Positions 37,450-47,961 of a DNA stretch of 64,000 nt are shown piece after piece. The stretch's first letter is position 1. Every line of letters starts with the position of its first letter. The stretch lies in the NCBI GenBank assembly GCA_022868165.1, contig JALHYA010000017.1:11634-75633 (forward strand), in the 5' to 3' direction. The DNA comes from Patescibacteria group bacterium (GTDB taxonomy: Bacteria > Patescibacteriota > Microgenomatia > UBA8517). The notes beneath the pieces were generated by a model. The model was not told the DNA's origin, did no database searches, and was given only the letters and a program-made list of their open reading frames with translations. The translations under genes and the position numbers were made by a program.

Positions 37450-37502
37450 GTTCAATTCATCCCCTCGACTACGCTCGGGGTTTTCTTGAATGCTGATATA
37501 AT
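37450..37502 (+). promoter_or_regulatory. conserved leader element GTTCAATTCATCC-hairpin-TTCTTGAAT plus extended -10 (TGATATAAT) upstream of PBP1A-1
   Basis: The same architecture and spacing recurs at 39796-39849 upstream of the second PBP gene. Confidence 0.5.
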
Positions 37503-37508
37503 TCTCAT

Positions 37509-39728
37509 ATGAAAGAAAAACTGCGGCTTGTTTTTGGAAAACTAAGAAAATTTTTTGCGAACGGAAAAAGGATTAAGGCTCTACTTTATTGGGGAGTTGT
37601 AGCCGTGGTCTTGACATGGCTTTTCTGGGGAATACCGCTCCCGACCGCCCTTTCTTCCAAACAAATCCCGGTTTCAACCAAACTTTATGACAGAAACGGA
37701 AAACTGATTTATGAAATATACACCGACAAAAGAAGTACGCCGATTAAACTTTCGGATCTCCCGGCTTATGTCAAAGAGGCCACTATTTCTATAGAAGACA
37801 AAGATTTTTACAAGCATTACGGATTTTCTTTTACCGGCATTGCCCGCGCTGCTTTTAATATAGTTTTTAAAAGAAATCTTCAGGGCGGGTCAACCCTAAC
37901 TCAACAATTGGTCAAAAATGCCCTTCTGTCCCCCGAACGCACGGTCAAGAGAAAAATTCGGGAATTCGTTTTAACAATGTTTGTCGAATCTCTTTACTCA
38001 AAAGACCAAATTCTGGAGATGTATCTAAACCAAATCCCCTACGGTTCAACCGCATACGGAATTGAAGCCGCGAGCGAACTTTATTTCGGAAAACAGGCAA
38101 AGGATTTGACGTTAGCCGAGTCGGCTCTTTTGGCGGGACTACTTTCATCTCCCACGGCATACTCGCCTTTTGGGGCCCACCCGGAGCTTGCCAAGGAAAG
38201 GCAAATAGACGTGCTCAGAAGAATGGTCCAAGACAAATATATCACTCAAGCCCAGGCGGATGAGGCAAAAAATCAGGAATTAAAGTATGCAGAAATTACC
38301 CCTCCTGCCGCTCCCCATTTTGCCCTCTGGATAAAAGAGCAGCTTGCAGAAAAGTACGGAACAAACATTGTCGAACAGGGGGGTTTGAGGGTTACCACTA
38401 CTCTTGATTTGGATTTGCAGGATTTTGCCCAAAAAGCCGTTGCGACCGAGGTTGCTAAACTCAAAGCCCAAAAGGTGGGAAATGGGGCCGTGATTGTTAC
38501 AAGGCCAAAAACCGGAGAGATTTTGGCGATTGTAGGGTCGAAGGATTATTTCGCAACGGATGAGGACGGTAAAGTGAATGTCATCCTATCCAAAAGACAG
38601 CCTGGCTCTTCCATAAAACCCTTAAATTATGCCTTGGCTATAAAAGATAAAAAAATAAATGCAGCCACTCCGCTCGCGGACGTTCCCAGCTGTTTCGCTG
38701 TTATTGGACAACCCATCTATTGCCCCACCAACTACGACGAAAAATTCCATGGAGCGATACAAGCCCGCTTCGCCCTTGGAAATTCTTACAATATACCGGC
38801 CGTTCGTGTTCTTGCCTTAAACGGTCTGGATAATTTTGTCAACTTTGCCAAACAGATGGGAATTACAACCTTTACCGACCCCGCCAATTATGGTCTTTCT
38901 TTAACCCTTGGAGGCGGTGAGGTCCGCCCGTACGATATGGCCGTGGCCTTTGGAGTCTTTGCCAACCAAGGAATCAAACAGCCTCTTATTTCAATACTCC
39001 AAGTAACCGACTGGAGGGGAAAAATTTATGAGGAAACCAAACCTAAAGATGTTGAACTTACGGGCGAGCGTGTTCTTAATCCCGAAGTAACCTTTATTGT
39101 TTCCCACATTCTTTTGGATAATAATGCGCGTTCACAGGCATTTGGCGAAACTTCATATCTCAATGTTGCCGGCCATCCTGAGGTTTCGGTCAAAACCGGA
39201 ACTACCAATGACAGAAAGGATAATTGGACGATAGGATATACCGCGGACGCTGCAGTTGTAGCTTGGGTTGGCAACAACGACAACTCTTCAATGTCTGGGG
39301 CGGTTTCGGGAATTTCGGGTGCTTCTCCTATTTGGAACAGGATAATGAAAGCGGTTTTGGATTCGGCGGAAAAAGGAGCTTACGACAAAGAGGAGGAAGG
39401 ACACGCCTGGCCACACCAACCGTCCGATGTTGTGGGCGCAACAATATGTTCTACGGATGGACTTTTGCCTCCCGGGCCCAAAGACAACCCCGGCTGTCCC
39501 GCACGTTTTGAGTACTTCCTAGAAGGAACCTTGCCGACCCAAACCAGCGGCCAAAAAGCCGATATTCCGATAAACAAGGATGACCATACCGTCTCCGCTC
39601 CCGATACCCCGCCGGACAAGATTGAAACCCAAAACCATCCGGTTTTATATGACCCTCTAAAAACTTTGGTGTGCCTTGACTGTCCGATACCTACAAAAGA
39701 GGTAACAATCAGTTATCCTCTGAGGTAG
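37509..39728 (+). CDS. penicillin-binding protein 1A (bifunctional GT51 transglycosylase/transpeptidase)
   Basis: GT51 motifs EDKDFYKHYG and GGSTLTQQLVKN. Transpeptidase SxxK (SGSSIKP), SxN and KTG (KTGTTND). Confidence 0.9.
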   Translation: MKEKLRLVFGKLRKFFANGKRIKALLYWGVVAVVLTWLFWGIPLPTALSSKQIPVSTKLYDRNGKLIYEIYTDKRSTPIKLSDLPAYVKEATISIEDKDFYKHYGFSFTGIARAAFNIVFKRNLQGGSTLTQQLVKNALLSPERTVKRKIREFVLTMFVESLYSKDQILEMYLNQIPYGSTAYGIEAASELYFGKQAKDLTLAESALLAGLLSSPTAYSPFGAHPELAKERQIDVLRRMVQDKYITQAQADEAKNQELKYAEITPPAAPHFALWIKEQLAEKYGTNIVEQGGLRVTTTLDLDLQDFAQKAVATEVAKLKAQKVGNGAVIVTRPKTGEILAIVGSKDYFATDEDGKVNVILSKRQPGSSIKPLNYALAIKDKKINAATPLADVPSCFAVIGQPIYCPTNYDEKFHGAIQARFALGNSYNIPAVRVLALNGLDNFVNFAKQMGITTFTDPANYGLSLTLGGGEVRPYDMAVAFGVFANQGIKQPLISILQVTDWRGKIYEETKPKDVELTGERVLNPEVTFIVSHILLDNNARSQAFGETSYLNVAGHPEVSVKTGTTNDRKDNWTIGYTADAAVVAWVGNNDNSSMSGAVSGISGASPIWNRIMKAVLDSAEKGAYDKEEEGHAWPHQPSDVVGATICSTDGLLPPGPKDNPGCPARFEYFLEGTLPTQTSGQKADIPINKDDHTVSAPDTPPDKIETQNHPVLYDPLKTLVCLDCPIPTKEVTISYPLR

Positions 39729-39795
39729 ATATGGTAAAATCTTCCGCCGACTAAAGTCGGCGGCACCAGCCCCTAAGGGAAGATTATAGCCCTAG

Positions 39796-39849
39796 GTTCA
39801 ATTCATCCTCGCAATAAATTGCAAGGTCTTCTTGAATCTATGGTAAAAT
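39796..39849 (+). promoter_or_regulatory. conserved leader element GTTCAATTCATCC-hairpin-TTCTTGAAT plus extended -10 (TGGTAAAAT) upstream of PBP1A-2
   Basis: Paralogous to 37450-37502. The inner hairpin sequence differs but stays palindromic (TGCAAT-AA-ATTGCA). GTG start at 39857 lies 7 nt after the -10. Confidence 0.5.
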
Positions 39850-39856
39850 TGCCGCA

Positions 39857-42103
39857 GTGAAAGGCAGGTCTCAAATTTTTACTGCCCTAAGTTTCTTCGC
39901 CAGCGCCCTTAAGTTTGTCGGCCGGCCTTTCTACCTAATCTTCTCTTACGGATTTATTGCTCTGATTTTGGCAATATCCGCCGTCGGTATTTTGATAAAA
40001 GCCATTCTCTCCTTTCCAATAAGGCTTCTCCCGAAAATCCCTCTGAAAATCAAGTTTAAGTTCCGTCCCAAATTATTAACGACGTCTGTTTTGGGGCTGG
40101 CAATAATTCTTTCGATTTGGTTCTTTGTTTTCCGCAACCTTCCCTCTCCCAAAGAGCTTGTTAGCCGCAATCTGGAAGTTTCCACAAAGATTTATGACCG
40201 AAACGGGATCCTTTTGTATAAAATCTACAAAAATAAAAATCGCACGGTTGTCCCTTTATATAGGATTCCTCAAAACGTAAGGCTGGCCACTTTGGCTGCC
40301 GAGGACGCCGAGTTTTATAGCCATCCAGGAATATCAATTCGCGGGATAATCCGCTCTATTGTTACAAACTTGAAGCAAGGAGAACTAACCGGAGGCTCAA
40401 CAATTACCCAGCAGCTTGTTAAAAATGCGCTTCTTTCGCCGGAAAAGACTTTTCGACGGAAACTTCGCGAAGTAATTCTTGCATTCGAAGTCGAACTTGT
40501 ATACTCAAAAGACCAAATTTTGGAAATGTATCTGAATGAAGTTTCCTATGGCGGAACCGCGTACGGAATTCAAGAAGCCGCCCAGCTTTATTTCGATAAA
40601 GATGTAGAAAATCTGGATTTGGCCGAAGCCGGGCTTCTGGCCGGACTTCCAATAAGTCCGACAAAATATTCTCCGTTCGGATCAGAACCCGACCTGGCAC
40701 TCGTTCGCCAGAAAGAAGTGCTGGAACTTATGCGCATCAACAAATACATTACCCAAAGGGAAATGGAGGAAGCCGAAAACGAACCCGTCAGCTTTGCCCC
40801 AAACAGAACGGATATCAAAGCTCCCCATTTTGTAATGTAAGTTAAAGAGCAATTGGTTGATAAATATGGTGAAGAAATGGTTCAGCAGGGAGGACTCAAT
40901 GTCATAACTACTCTTGATTATTCTATACAAAGATTGGCGGAAGATGCGGTAAAAAACGAAGTCGCCAGCCTTCAAGCGCTACATGTAGGAAACGGGGCGG
41001 CGTTGGTTTTAAACCCGAGAACAGGAGAGGTTCTTGCAATGGTAGGCTCCAAAAATTATTTTGATACCGAAGGAGGAGGAAACGTAAACGTAACCCTGCG
41101 CCCTCGCCAGCCCGGCTCTTCAATAAAAATCGTCAACTATGCCTATGCTCTTTCCACTAGTTACACCCCGTCATCGATTCTTTCGGATACTCCCGTCACT
41201 TTTTCAACCGGAGGACTTGCCCCTTACACCCCCAAAAACTATGACGGCAAATACCGGGGGAATCTTACCCTTAGAAGTGCTTTTGCGGAATCCAGAAACG
41301 TCCCTGCCGTAAAGGTTCTCGCATCTTACGGTGTAAGCCACATGATTGACCTTGGAACCAAAATGGGCATTACAACTTGGACCGAACCATCTAACTACGG
41401 ACTATCTCTCACTCTCGGTGGTGGTGAAGTGAAACTTTTGGATTTGGCACGGGTATTCGGGACAATTGCCGATTACGGCAAAAAACCTCCGATTTTTTCA
41501 ATTATTAAGGTAACCGACTATAAAGGAAAGGTTTTGGAAGAAAATAAGTGTTTAACCGAAGAGCCGTGCGAAGGTCCCGAAGTCGTTGACCCAAGGGTTG
41601 CGTTTCTCTTAACAGACATCCTCAAAGATAACAGTGCCAGAACCCCCGCTTTTGGTTCAAATTCCGCATTGGCTATTGCCGGCCATCCCGAAGTTGCAGT
41701 CAAGACCGGAACCAGCAATGATTTAAAGGACAATCTGACCCTCGGTTTTACCCAAAAATACCTTGTTGCAACTTGGGTAGGAAATAACGACTCAAGTCCC
41801 ATGTCAAAAATTGCCTCGGGCATAACAGGCGCGGCACCAATCTGGCATACAATTATGGCAAGCCTTCTTTCCAATGAAAAACCCGACCCCTGGCTGGTCC
41901 CGGACGGGGTTGCCAAGCTTTCGATTTGCACACTGACCGGAACTTTGGCCTGCGAAGAATGCAATTCTTATTCCGAATGGTTTCTGAAGGAAAAAGCCCC
42001 GACGAGGGCGTGTACAAAAGAAGCCATAACAAAGATTAAGGACGAGAAAAAGACCCAAGGCAAAATTCTAGAACCCGCAGCGAAAATTGAGGTTGTTAAC
42101 TAA
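39857..42103 (+). pseudogene. second PBP1A paralog interrupted by an in-frame TAA (40838-40840) at a conserved Trp position; list ORFs 39857-40840 and 40853-42103 are in the same frame
   Basis: APHFVM*VKEQL aligns to APHFALWIKEQL of PBP1A-1. GT51 motifs are intact in part 1. SxxK (SGSSIKI) and KTG (KTGTSND) are intact in part 2. GTG start. Confidence 0.7.
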
Positions 42104-42761
42104 GCTCTTTGTAGAGAAGATAGAACGGAATCAGAAAAAATGGTCCCATAAAAATCGCAAAAACCGGTCCGACGTAAGGAATGTTGGCAAAAACCATCTG
42201 AATCAGAATGTAGATAAGTAAAAATACCGAGAATCTTCCCAATATCGGCCAAAATCTTCCTTTAGTCAGCGCCTTGCTTTTTGCCAAAGATTCCTTAACC
42301 GAAGTTCCTTTTGAAATTTGTATAAAAAGCGAAAAGGAAAACCAAATTCCGAAAATTATTCCTGGAATTATAAGAAGGACAAATCCTAAAGCCATAATCA
42401 GTCCTCTGGCCAAACTTACAAGAAAGAAGCACCAGGTCTTTTTCCATGAAGTTAAAAGAGTCTCCTTTACTACAAGGGTTCTGCCCTCAACAGCTCTGAT
42501 TACCGCTTCATAGGTAGCTGCTTGAAACCAAATACCGATGATGGCAAGCGGGATTGCCGAGGCCACCAAGGGCAATATAAAAGCAGGTTGTCTCGCAGCA
42601 TTCGAGCCGGTTCCTTTTGCAACCACAAAAAATATGCTCGTAGCAATTGATAAAACCAAAAACAGCAAACCGAGTTTTAGGAAATAAATCAAATTTTTCT
42701 TCTCAAAATAAATTTTGAATGCTTCCCTAATATATAAAACCGGTGACGAAAGTTTTTTCAT
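42096..42761 (-). CDS. hypothetical polytopic membrane protein
   Basis: At least 5 TM segments. No family recognised. Confidence 0.5.
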   Translation of the reverse strand: MKKLSSPVLYIREAFKIYFEKKNLIYFLKLGLLFLVLSIATSIFFVVAKGTGSNAARQPAFILPLVASAIPLAIIGIWFQAATYEAVIRAVEGRTLVVKETLLTSWKKTWCFFLVSLARGLIMALGFVLLIIPGIIFGIWFSFSLFIQISKGTSVKESLAKSKALTKGRFWPILGRFSVFLLIYILIQMVFANIPYVGPVFAIFMGPFFLIPFYLLYKELS

Positions 42762-43813
42762 TTTGTCATCCCGTCATAAACGACTTTTGAAATCTCCGAA
42801 ATTGCCGTTTGTGCTTCGCCCAAGTCCGCATCTTTGCTCATAATTACCAAAATATATGGCTTGTCGGCAAAGATAATTCCGGCGTCGTTTACTACCGAAT
42901 CAATCATACCGTATTTGTGGGAAACTCTTACCTGTTTGGGCACTCCTTGGGGAATTAAATCCTCGCGAACGGTGTTGGTAAGAAAATCCAATATCTCTGT
43001 CTTGTATTTTTCCGATACAATCTCATCCCGCCATAGTTTTTTGAAAAAAATCCCAACATCTTTCGGGGTCGTTTGGTTTTCGCTAAACGATGTATTTTCC
43101 ATGCCTATTTCTTTTGTGACTCTTTCAATCTTTTCCACCCCTCCGACTTCGTTTTGTGCTATATAAAGTGCGGTATTATCCGAACCGTTTCCCATTAAAC
43201 GGGCCAGTTCTTCGAGCGTTATAACGGTTCCCTCCGGCTTTTGGGAAAGCTCTCCTGCCCCACCTTGTTTGTCCGAATTAACCAAAGTGTGGGTAGTACT
43301 TAAATCCAAACTTCCATTTTCAACTTCCTTGAAAATCGTTGCCAAAACTTGAAGTTTGTTGAAAGATGCCGACTGAAAAATTTCGCCTTCTCTTTCGCCA
43401 AAGCCAAAGCCGTTTGATAAATCGATAACATAAAAACCGTAAGTTCCAGAAAGTTTGGAGATTTTCTCTTCGAAAGCCAATTTTATTTTGTCGGCTTTAT
43501 CTCTTTGTTCTTTTGTCCCTTCAATTGTGATGGTCCCGCTTCCCCACTCGGGTAGAGAGATTTTTGGAAATTTAGGCAAGGTAAAACCCTCGGAAGAAAT
43601 TGTGAGAAAAGCCGCAACAGAAGCGGTTACCAATAAAGTTGAAAGAACAATTATTCTTTCTTTTCTGCCCCACGGCTTAAGGGGTTCTTTTCTTTTCTTT
43701 TTGTTCTCCGGCCTTAAATCCTTAAAGGATTTCCTTGAAGAACTTTTTTCCTCCAACTCGTCTTCCTCTAAGTCTTCCTCTTCTTCGCTTTTTTTCCTTC
43801 TAAAAAATGGCAT
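42758..43813 (-). CDS. serine hydrolase, class A beta-lactamase / PBP-like, with charged N-terminal extension and TM anchor
   Basis: SFNK (SxxK) and GSDN (SDN) motifs. KYG in place of KTG. Confidence 0.6.
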   Translation of the reverse strand: MPFFRRKKSEEEEDLEEDELEEKSSSRKSFKDLRPENKKKRKEPLKPWGRKERIIVLSTLLVTASVAAFLTISSEGFTLPKFPKISLPEWGSGTITIEGTKEQRDKADKIKLAFEEKISKLSGTYGFYVIDLSNGFGFGEREGEIFQSASFNKLQVLATIFKEVENGSLDLSTTHTLVNSDKQGGAGELSQKPEGTVITLEELARLMGNGSDNTALYIAQNEVGGVEKIERVTKEIGMENTSFSENQTTPKDVGIFFKKLWRDEIVSEKYKTEILDFLTNTVREDLIPQGVPKQVRVSHKYGMIDSVVNDAGIIFADKPYILVIMSKDADLGEAQTAISEISKVVYDGMTK

Positions 43814-43904
43814 AGGATTATTGTACTATCTTCGTATTATATTCGGACTCGTGAAAAACTCAACTTCCTTTGCTTGGCAGGGGATATTTTATGTTCGGAA
43901 GTGC

Positions 43905-44894
43905 TTATTTTCGCCTATTTTCCCACACTTCTTCATTGACTAGGTTTTCGGGCTTTTTGCCTCCTAATGAGTCGAGTATCGTCGAAACTGCCTGTTGACC
44001 CATCTTCTCTCTTGCTTCCAATGTGGCAGAGGCTATATGTGGGGTTGTAATAGTGTTGGGCATTCCAAGAAACTCAGGGTCTATGTTTGGTTCGTTGTCA
44101 TATACATCCAATGCTGCACCGCCTAAGTGTCCAGATTTTAAAGCCTCGATTAGGTCTCTTTCGTCGACTACTTGCCCCCTTGCCGTGTTTACAAGAAAGC
44201 TTCCTTTTTTCATCTTTGCCAAAGTCTCCTTATTAATCATGTGTCTCGTTTCCTCGGTTAAAGGAACATGCAATGACACAAAATCGCTTTTTGCCAAAAG
44301 CTCATCCAATGGAGCAAATTTTATACCAAGTTCCTTTTCTGCTTCCGGATCCGGTTCGTGTTTATTATATAAAACAGTCATGTTGTAACCCTTTGCCCTT
44401 CTTGCAACCATGGTTCCAATCCTCCCCAAACCGATAATTCCTAAGGTCTTACCAATTAAATTTGTCCCGATAAAAATATCCGGCTCCCACCCTTTATATC
44501 CTCCCCTTCTGGTTGCCTCATCTGCCTCAACTATTCTTCTGGCTATAGAAAGAATAAGAGCCCAAGTATGTTCCGCGACCGCTTCGTTTACTTCATCGGA
44601 AGGTGTGTTGCAAACCGGTATTTGCCTATCGCTGGCCGCCTTGATATCGACATTGTCAAATCCTACGGCATAATTGGAAATGATTTTAAGCTGGGGTCCC
44701 GCAGCATCCATTAAGTCCCCATCAATTCTGTCTGTCAGAAGACACAAGAGAGCATCCACCCCTTTTACCTTTTCCACTAATTCTTCTTGTGTAATTGGAC
44801 GGTTGAATTCGGAAATCTCAACCTCGTGTCCAGCTTTTTTAAGCTCTTCCAGGTGCTCTCCTGGAATTTTTCTGGTAACAAATATTTTTGCCAT
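43905..44894 (-). CDS. D-isomer-specific 2-hydroxyacid dehydrogenase (glyoxylate/hydroxypyruvate reductase-like)
   Basis: GIIGLGRIGTMVARRA NAD-binding motif and catalytic R/E/H region. Start trimmed to MAKIFV to avoid overlap with the next gene. Confidence 0.8.
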   Translation of the reverse strand: MAKIFVTRKIPGEHLEELKKAGHEVEISEFNRPITQEELVEKVKGVDALLCLLTDRIDGDLMDAAGPQLKIISNYAVGFDNVDIKAASDRQIPVCNTPSDEVNEAVAEHTWALILSIARRIVEADEATRRGGYKGWEPDIFIGTNLIGKTLGIIGLGRIGTMVARRAKGYNMTVLYNKHEPDPEAEKELGIKFAPLDELLAKSDFVSLHVPLTEETRHMINKETLAKMKKGSFLVNTARGQVVDERDLIEALKSGHLGGAALDVYDNEPNIDPEFLGMPNTITTPHIASATLEAREKMGQQAVSTILDSLGGKKPENLVNEEVWENRRK

Positions 44895-44899
44895 TATCG

Positions 44900-45889
44900 T
44901 CAAAATTCTTCTACCTTTACTCCGCTTGAGCGTGCTCTCTCTAACCATTCTGGCATTTCTTCGGAGGTTAGCAAGCCCTTTTGCGAACCGGTATAGCCTA
45001 TCACCGAGGCGGAATTTACCGTTCCCCAAATTAGCGCCTCGCCGATATCTTTCCCTTTAATTACTGCGCTCAAAAACCCTGATCCGAAAGCATCTCCGGC
45101 CCCGGTTCTTTCGAAAGCATCGACCGGCAAAACTCCGACTTTCAACCCCTTTACCAAGTCGTAAGCAAAGGCTCCATTGCCCCCGTCGGTTATTACGCAA
45201 ATCTTGGGGCCCAGCTTATTAAGGGCCACACATAAATCTTTCTCTTTGCCGTGCGAAGGCCCAAAACCTGTTAGCTTTTCCGCTTCTTCCCTGTTCACAA
45301 AAATAATAAAAGTCATAGCCAATACGTCGGCAATTTCCTTTACTCCTCCTTTTAGCTGCCAGCTACCAGGGTTAAATACCAACTTGGTATTGGGATTTTT
45401 CCTCAGCCAGTCTAAGAAATGATTATAAAAAGGCCGGTAACTTTCTCCCATTGAAGTAAGATATGCCCAGGGAACATTCGGCAGCTGTACCGGAAATTCG
45501 TAAGAGCGCGGTGCATGAAAGGTAAAAATCGTTCTTTCCCCCGAATAATTGATTACAGTTGAATAGTTCGAAGCCGTGGAAGGCTGCTGAAAAACGTAAG
45601 TTAAATCGATTCCTTCTGCTTGGAGTTTCTCCACCAGCATTCCTCCTATGTAATCGTCGCCCAAAGTAAGAACAAGAGCATCTGTAACTCCTAACCTTTT
45701 TGCTCCAACGGCGTTGTTGGCGGCATTCCCGCCGACCGAAAACTGGAGATTTTTTACGGGAATTTTTTGGCCGTAGGAAAAAGCTATAAAGCACTCCTTT
45801 GTGTCAATCTGGCATAGCTGTTCGGACTCGGTCGGAGCCATAAAAACGTCTATCGACGCATCGCCTATGGACAGTAGGTCATAATTCAT
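44900..45889 (-). CDS. PfkB-family carbohydrate/nucleoside kinase (ribokinase-like)
   Basis: GGNAANNA and GAGDAFGSGF motifs. Confidence 0.8.
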   Translation of the reverse strand: MNYDLLSIGDASIDVFMAPTESEQLCQIDTKECFIAFSYGQKIPVKNLQFSVGGNAANNAVGAKRLGVTDALVLTLGDDYIGGMLVEKLQAEGIDLTYVFQQPSTASNYSTVINYSGERTIFTFHAPRSYEFPVQLPNVPWAYLTSMGESYRPFYNHFLDWLRKNPNTKLVFNPGSWQLKGGVKEIADVLAMTFIIFVNREEAEKLTGFGPSHGKEKDLCVALNKLGPKICVITDGGNGAFAYDLVKGLKVGVLPVDAFERTGAGDAFGSGFLSAVIKGKDIGEALIWGTVNSASVIGYTGSQKGLLTSEEMPEWLERARSSGVKVEEF

Positions 45890-46898
45890 TTTCCATCTCC
45901 TCCAAATACTGCCCCTGAGAAGCCAAACTATTTAGCTTAGCCCGTTTATATAAAGCAGACTGGACTGCTTTTCCGTTCTCCACCTCGTTTTTCCAAATCT
46001 CCATTGCTGGACCTTCAAGCCCGCGCTCGAATGAGAAACTTACTTTCCAAGGCAAATCTTTCGTTTTACAAATCTCATTTAGCCTTGCCGTTGCAAGGAT
46101 CACATCCTGACCTCCGGAAAGAAAAACAATACCAGGAACTTCTTTCGGAACCGTCTTAAGAAGGGTTCGAATTGTCATCTGGGCTACTTCTTCTAAACCA
46201 GCCTGGGTCTGACACTTGTATCCGGACAAAACCATATTGGGTTTAAGAATTATTCCTTCCAGAGCTACTTTTTGCTCTTTGAGTTGGGCAAAAACATTCA
46301 AAAGAACAGCGGTAGTGATTTCCTCTGACTTTTCAATTGTGTGTTCCCCATCCATCAAGACTTCGGGTTCAACTATTGGAACCAATCCCTGCTCCTGGCA
46401 AAATTTTGCATAACTGGCCAACCTCTGAGCATTTGGCTCGATACACCTCTGGGATGGTATTCCATCCCCGATGCTGATTACCGCTCTCCATTTGGCAAAT
46501 TTTGCTCCCATTTGTTTGTACTCGGCAAGCCTTTCACTCAAGCCTTCAAGTCCTTCTGTTACCTTTTCCTCCGGAGAGCCTTCAAGCTCCACAGTTCCTT
46601 TGTCGACTTTGATTCCGGGAACAATTCCCTGTTTTTGTAATAGATCGACAAAACCGATTCCCTCTGAAGTTCTTTGTCTGATGGTTTCGTCGTAAAGAAT
46701 TACCCCCGAAATAAATTCTCCCAAACCTGGGGTACTAATAAGAACTTCCCTAAACATCGTGCGCGTTTCAAGCGTTGGAGTAATTCCAGCCGCTGTCAAT
46801 CTCTTATCCATTGTTGGAGTTGAGGCATCGGTCGCCCAAATTCCCTTTCCGGGTGCCACCAATTCTTTGGCGGTAGATTCAAGATCATTCTCAGCCAT
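45879..46898 (-). CDS. fba: fructose-bisphosphate aldolase, class I (eukaryotic type)
   Basis: APGKGIWATDASTPTMDKRL matches PGKGILAADESTGSIAKRL. Schiff-base lysine region IKVDKG. LSERLAEYKQMGAKFAKWR. Confidence 0.8.
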   Translation of the reverse strand: MAENDLESTAKELVAPGKGIWATDASTPTMDKRLTAAGITPTLETRTMFREVLISTPGLGEFISGVILYDETIRQRTSEGIGFVDLLQKQGIVPGIKVDKGTVELEGSPEEKVTEGLEGLSERLAEYKQMGAKFAKWRAVISIGDGIPSQRCIEPNAQRLASYAKFCQEQGLVPIVEPEVLMDGEHTIEKSEEITTAVLLNVFAQLKEQKVALEGIILKPNMVLSGYKCQTQAGLEEVAQMTIRTLLKTVPKEVPGIVFLSGGQDVILATARLNEICKTKDLPWKVSFSFERGLEGPAMEIWKNEVENGKAVQSALYKRAKLNSLASQGQYLEEMENEL

Positions 46899-47961
46899 TT
46901 TTTTCCTTTTTAACTATTACTCTTTTGACCGCTTCAACAATACTTTTGGATTTCATTCCGTATTTTTCCAGAAGCTCGTCGGGCGCACCCGATTCGCCAA
47001 AATGGTCCGGCATTCCGACAAATTCCATTGGAGTCGGGTAATTTCTGGCCAATGTTTCTGCCACTGCGCCACCCAATCCGCCGGTAATTTGATGCTCTTC
47101 AACCGTAACGACCGCTCCGGTAGTTTTTGCTGCTCGGATTATTGCTTGCTCGTCTAAGGGTTTAAGCGTATGGGAATTGAGCACCAAAACATCGATTCCT
47201 TTCTTTTCCAGCTCTTTTGCCGCCAATAGGGCTTCATAAACTAAGGGTCCGCAGGCGACTATGGCGACTAACGGATCGCCATGTCGTCCTGAGATTGTCG
47301 AAGGACCCCATAGAACTTCTGCACGACCGATCTTAAAAGGAGTATCTTCGGTTGTAAAAACGGGGGATTTTTCGCGGGCAAAGCGAATATAAACAGGGTG
47401 TTCGGTTTTGGCCGCCGCCACGGTTGCCTTCTTGGCCTCGAGACTGTCGCAAGGAGCAATAACCGTCATGTTGGGCATTGCCCGCATCAAAGCCATATCC
47501 TCAAGCATCTGGTGTGTGGCTCCGTCGGGCCCGACGGATATGCCGGCATGTGCTCCGGCAATCTTTACCGGCACATCGTTTAAGGCAATTGTGGTTCTAA
47601 TTTGTTCCCAATTTCTTCCGGGAGAAAAAGCGGCGTAACTACTTATAAAAGGAATTTTGCCGTAATTTGCCATTCCCGCGGCAATTGTAGCGAGAGCTTG
47701 CTCGGCAACTCCAACCTCAATAAATCTCTCGGGGAAACGCTCCTTAAAAAGAATCGAGCGGGTACTCTCGGTCACGTCCGCGCACAAAACTACAACTCTT
47801 TCGTCCTTCTCCCCCACCGCCACCAACCCTTCCCCATATCCCTGCCGGGTGGGAATCATTTCTATATCCTTCTGGAAAATCTTTTTGGATAGTTTCGCTT
47901 CCTTATTAATCATTTTCGCTTTTGATTTTTCCTCCCAACGTTCTGAGCTCTCTAAGGGCAA
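46891..47961 (-). CDS. transketolase, C-terminal (pyrimidine-binding) subunit
   Basis: Split-transketolase B subunit pattern. Follows the A subunit with overlap. Confidence 0.85.
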   Translation of the reverse strand: MPLESSERWEEKSKAKMINKEAKLSKKIFQKDIEMIPTRQGYGEGLVAVGEKDERVVVLCADVTESTRSILFKERFPERFIEVGVAEQALATIAAGMANYGKIPFISSYAAFSPGRNWEQIRTTIALNDVPVKIAGAHAGISVGPDGATHQMLEDMALMRAMPNMTVIAPCDSLEAKKATVAAAKTEHPVYIRFAREKSPVFTTEDTPFKIGRAEVLWGPSTISGRHGDPLVAIVACGPLVYEALLAAKELEKKGIDVLVLNSHTLKPLDEQAIIRAAKTTGAVVTVEEHQITGGLGGAVAETLARNYPTPMEFVGMPDHFGESGAPDELLEKYGMKSKSIVEAVKRVIVKKEKNG

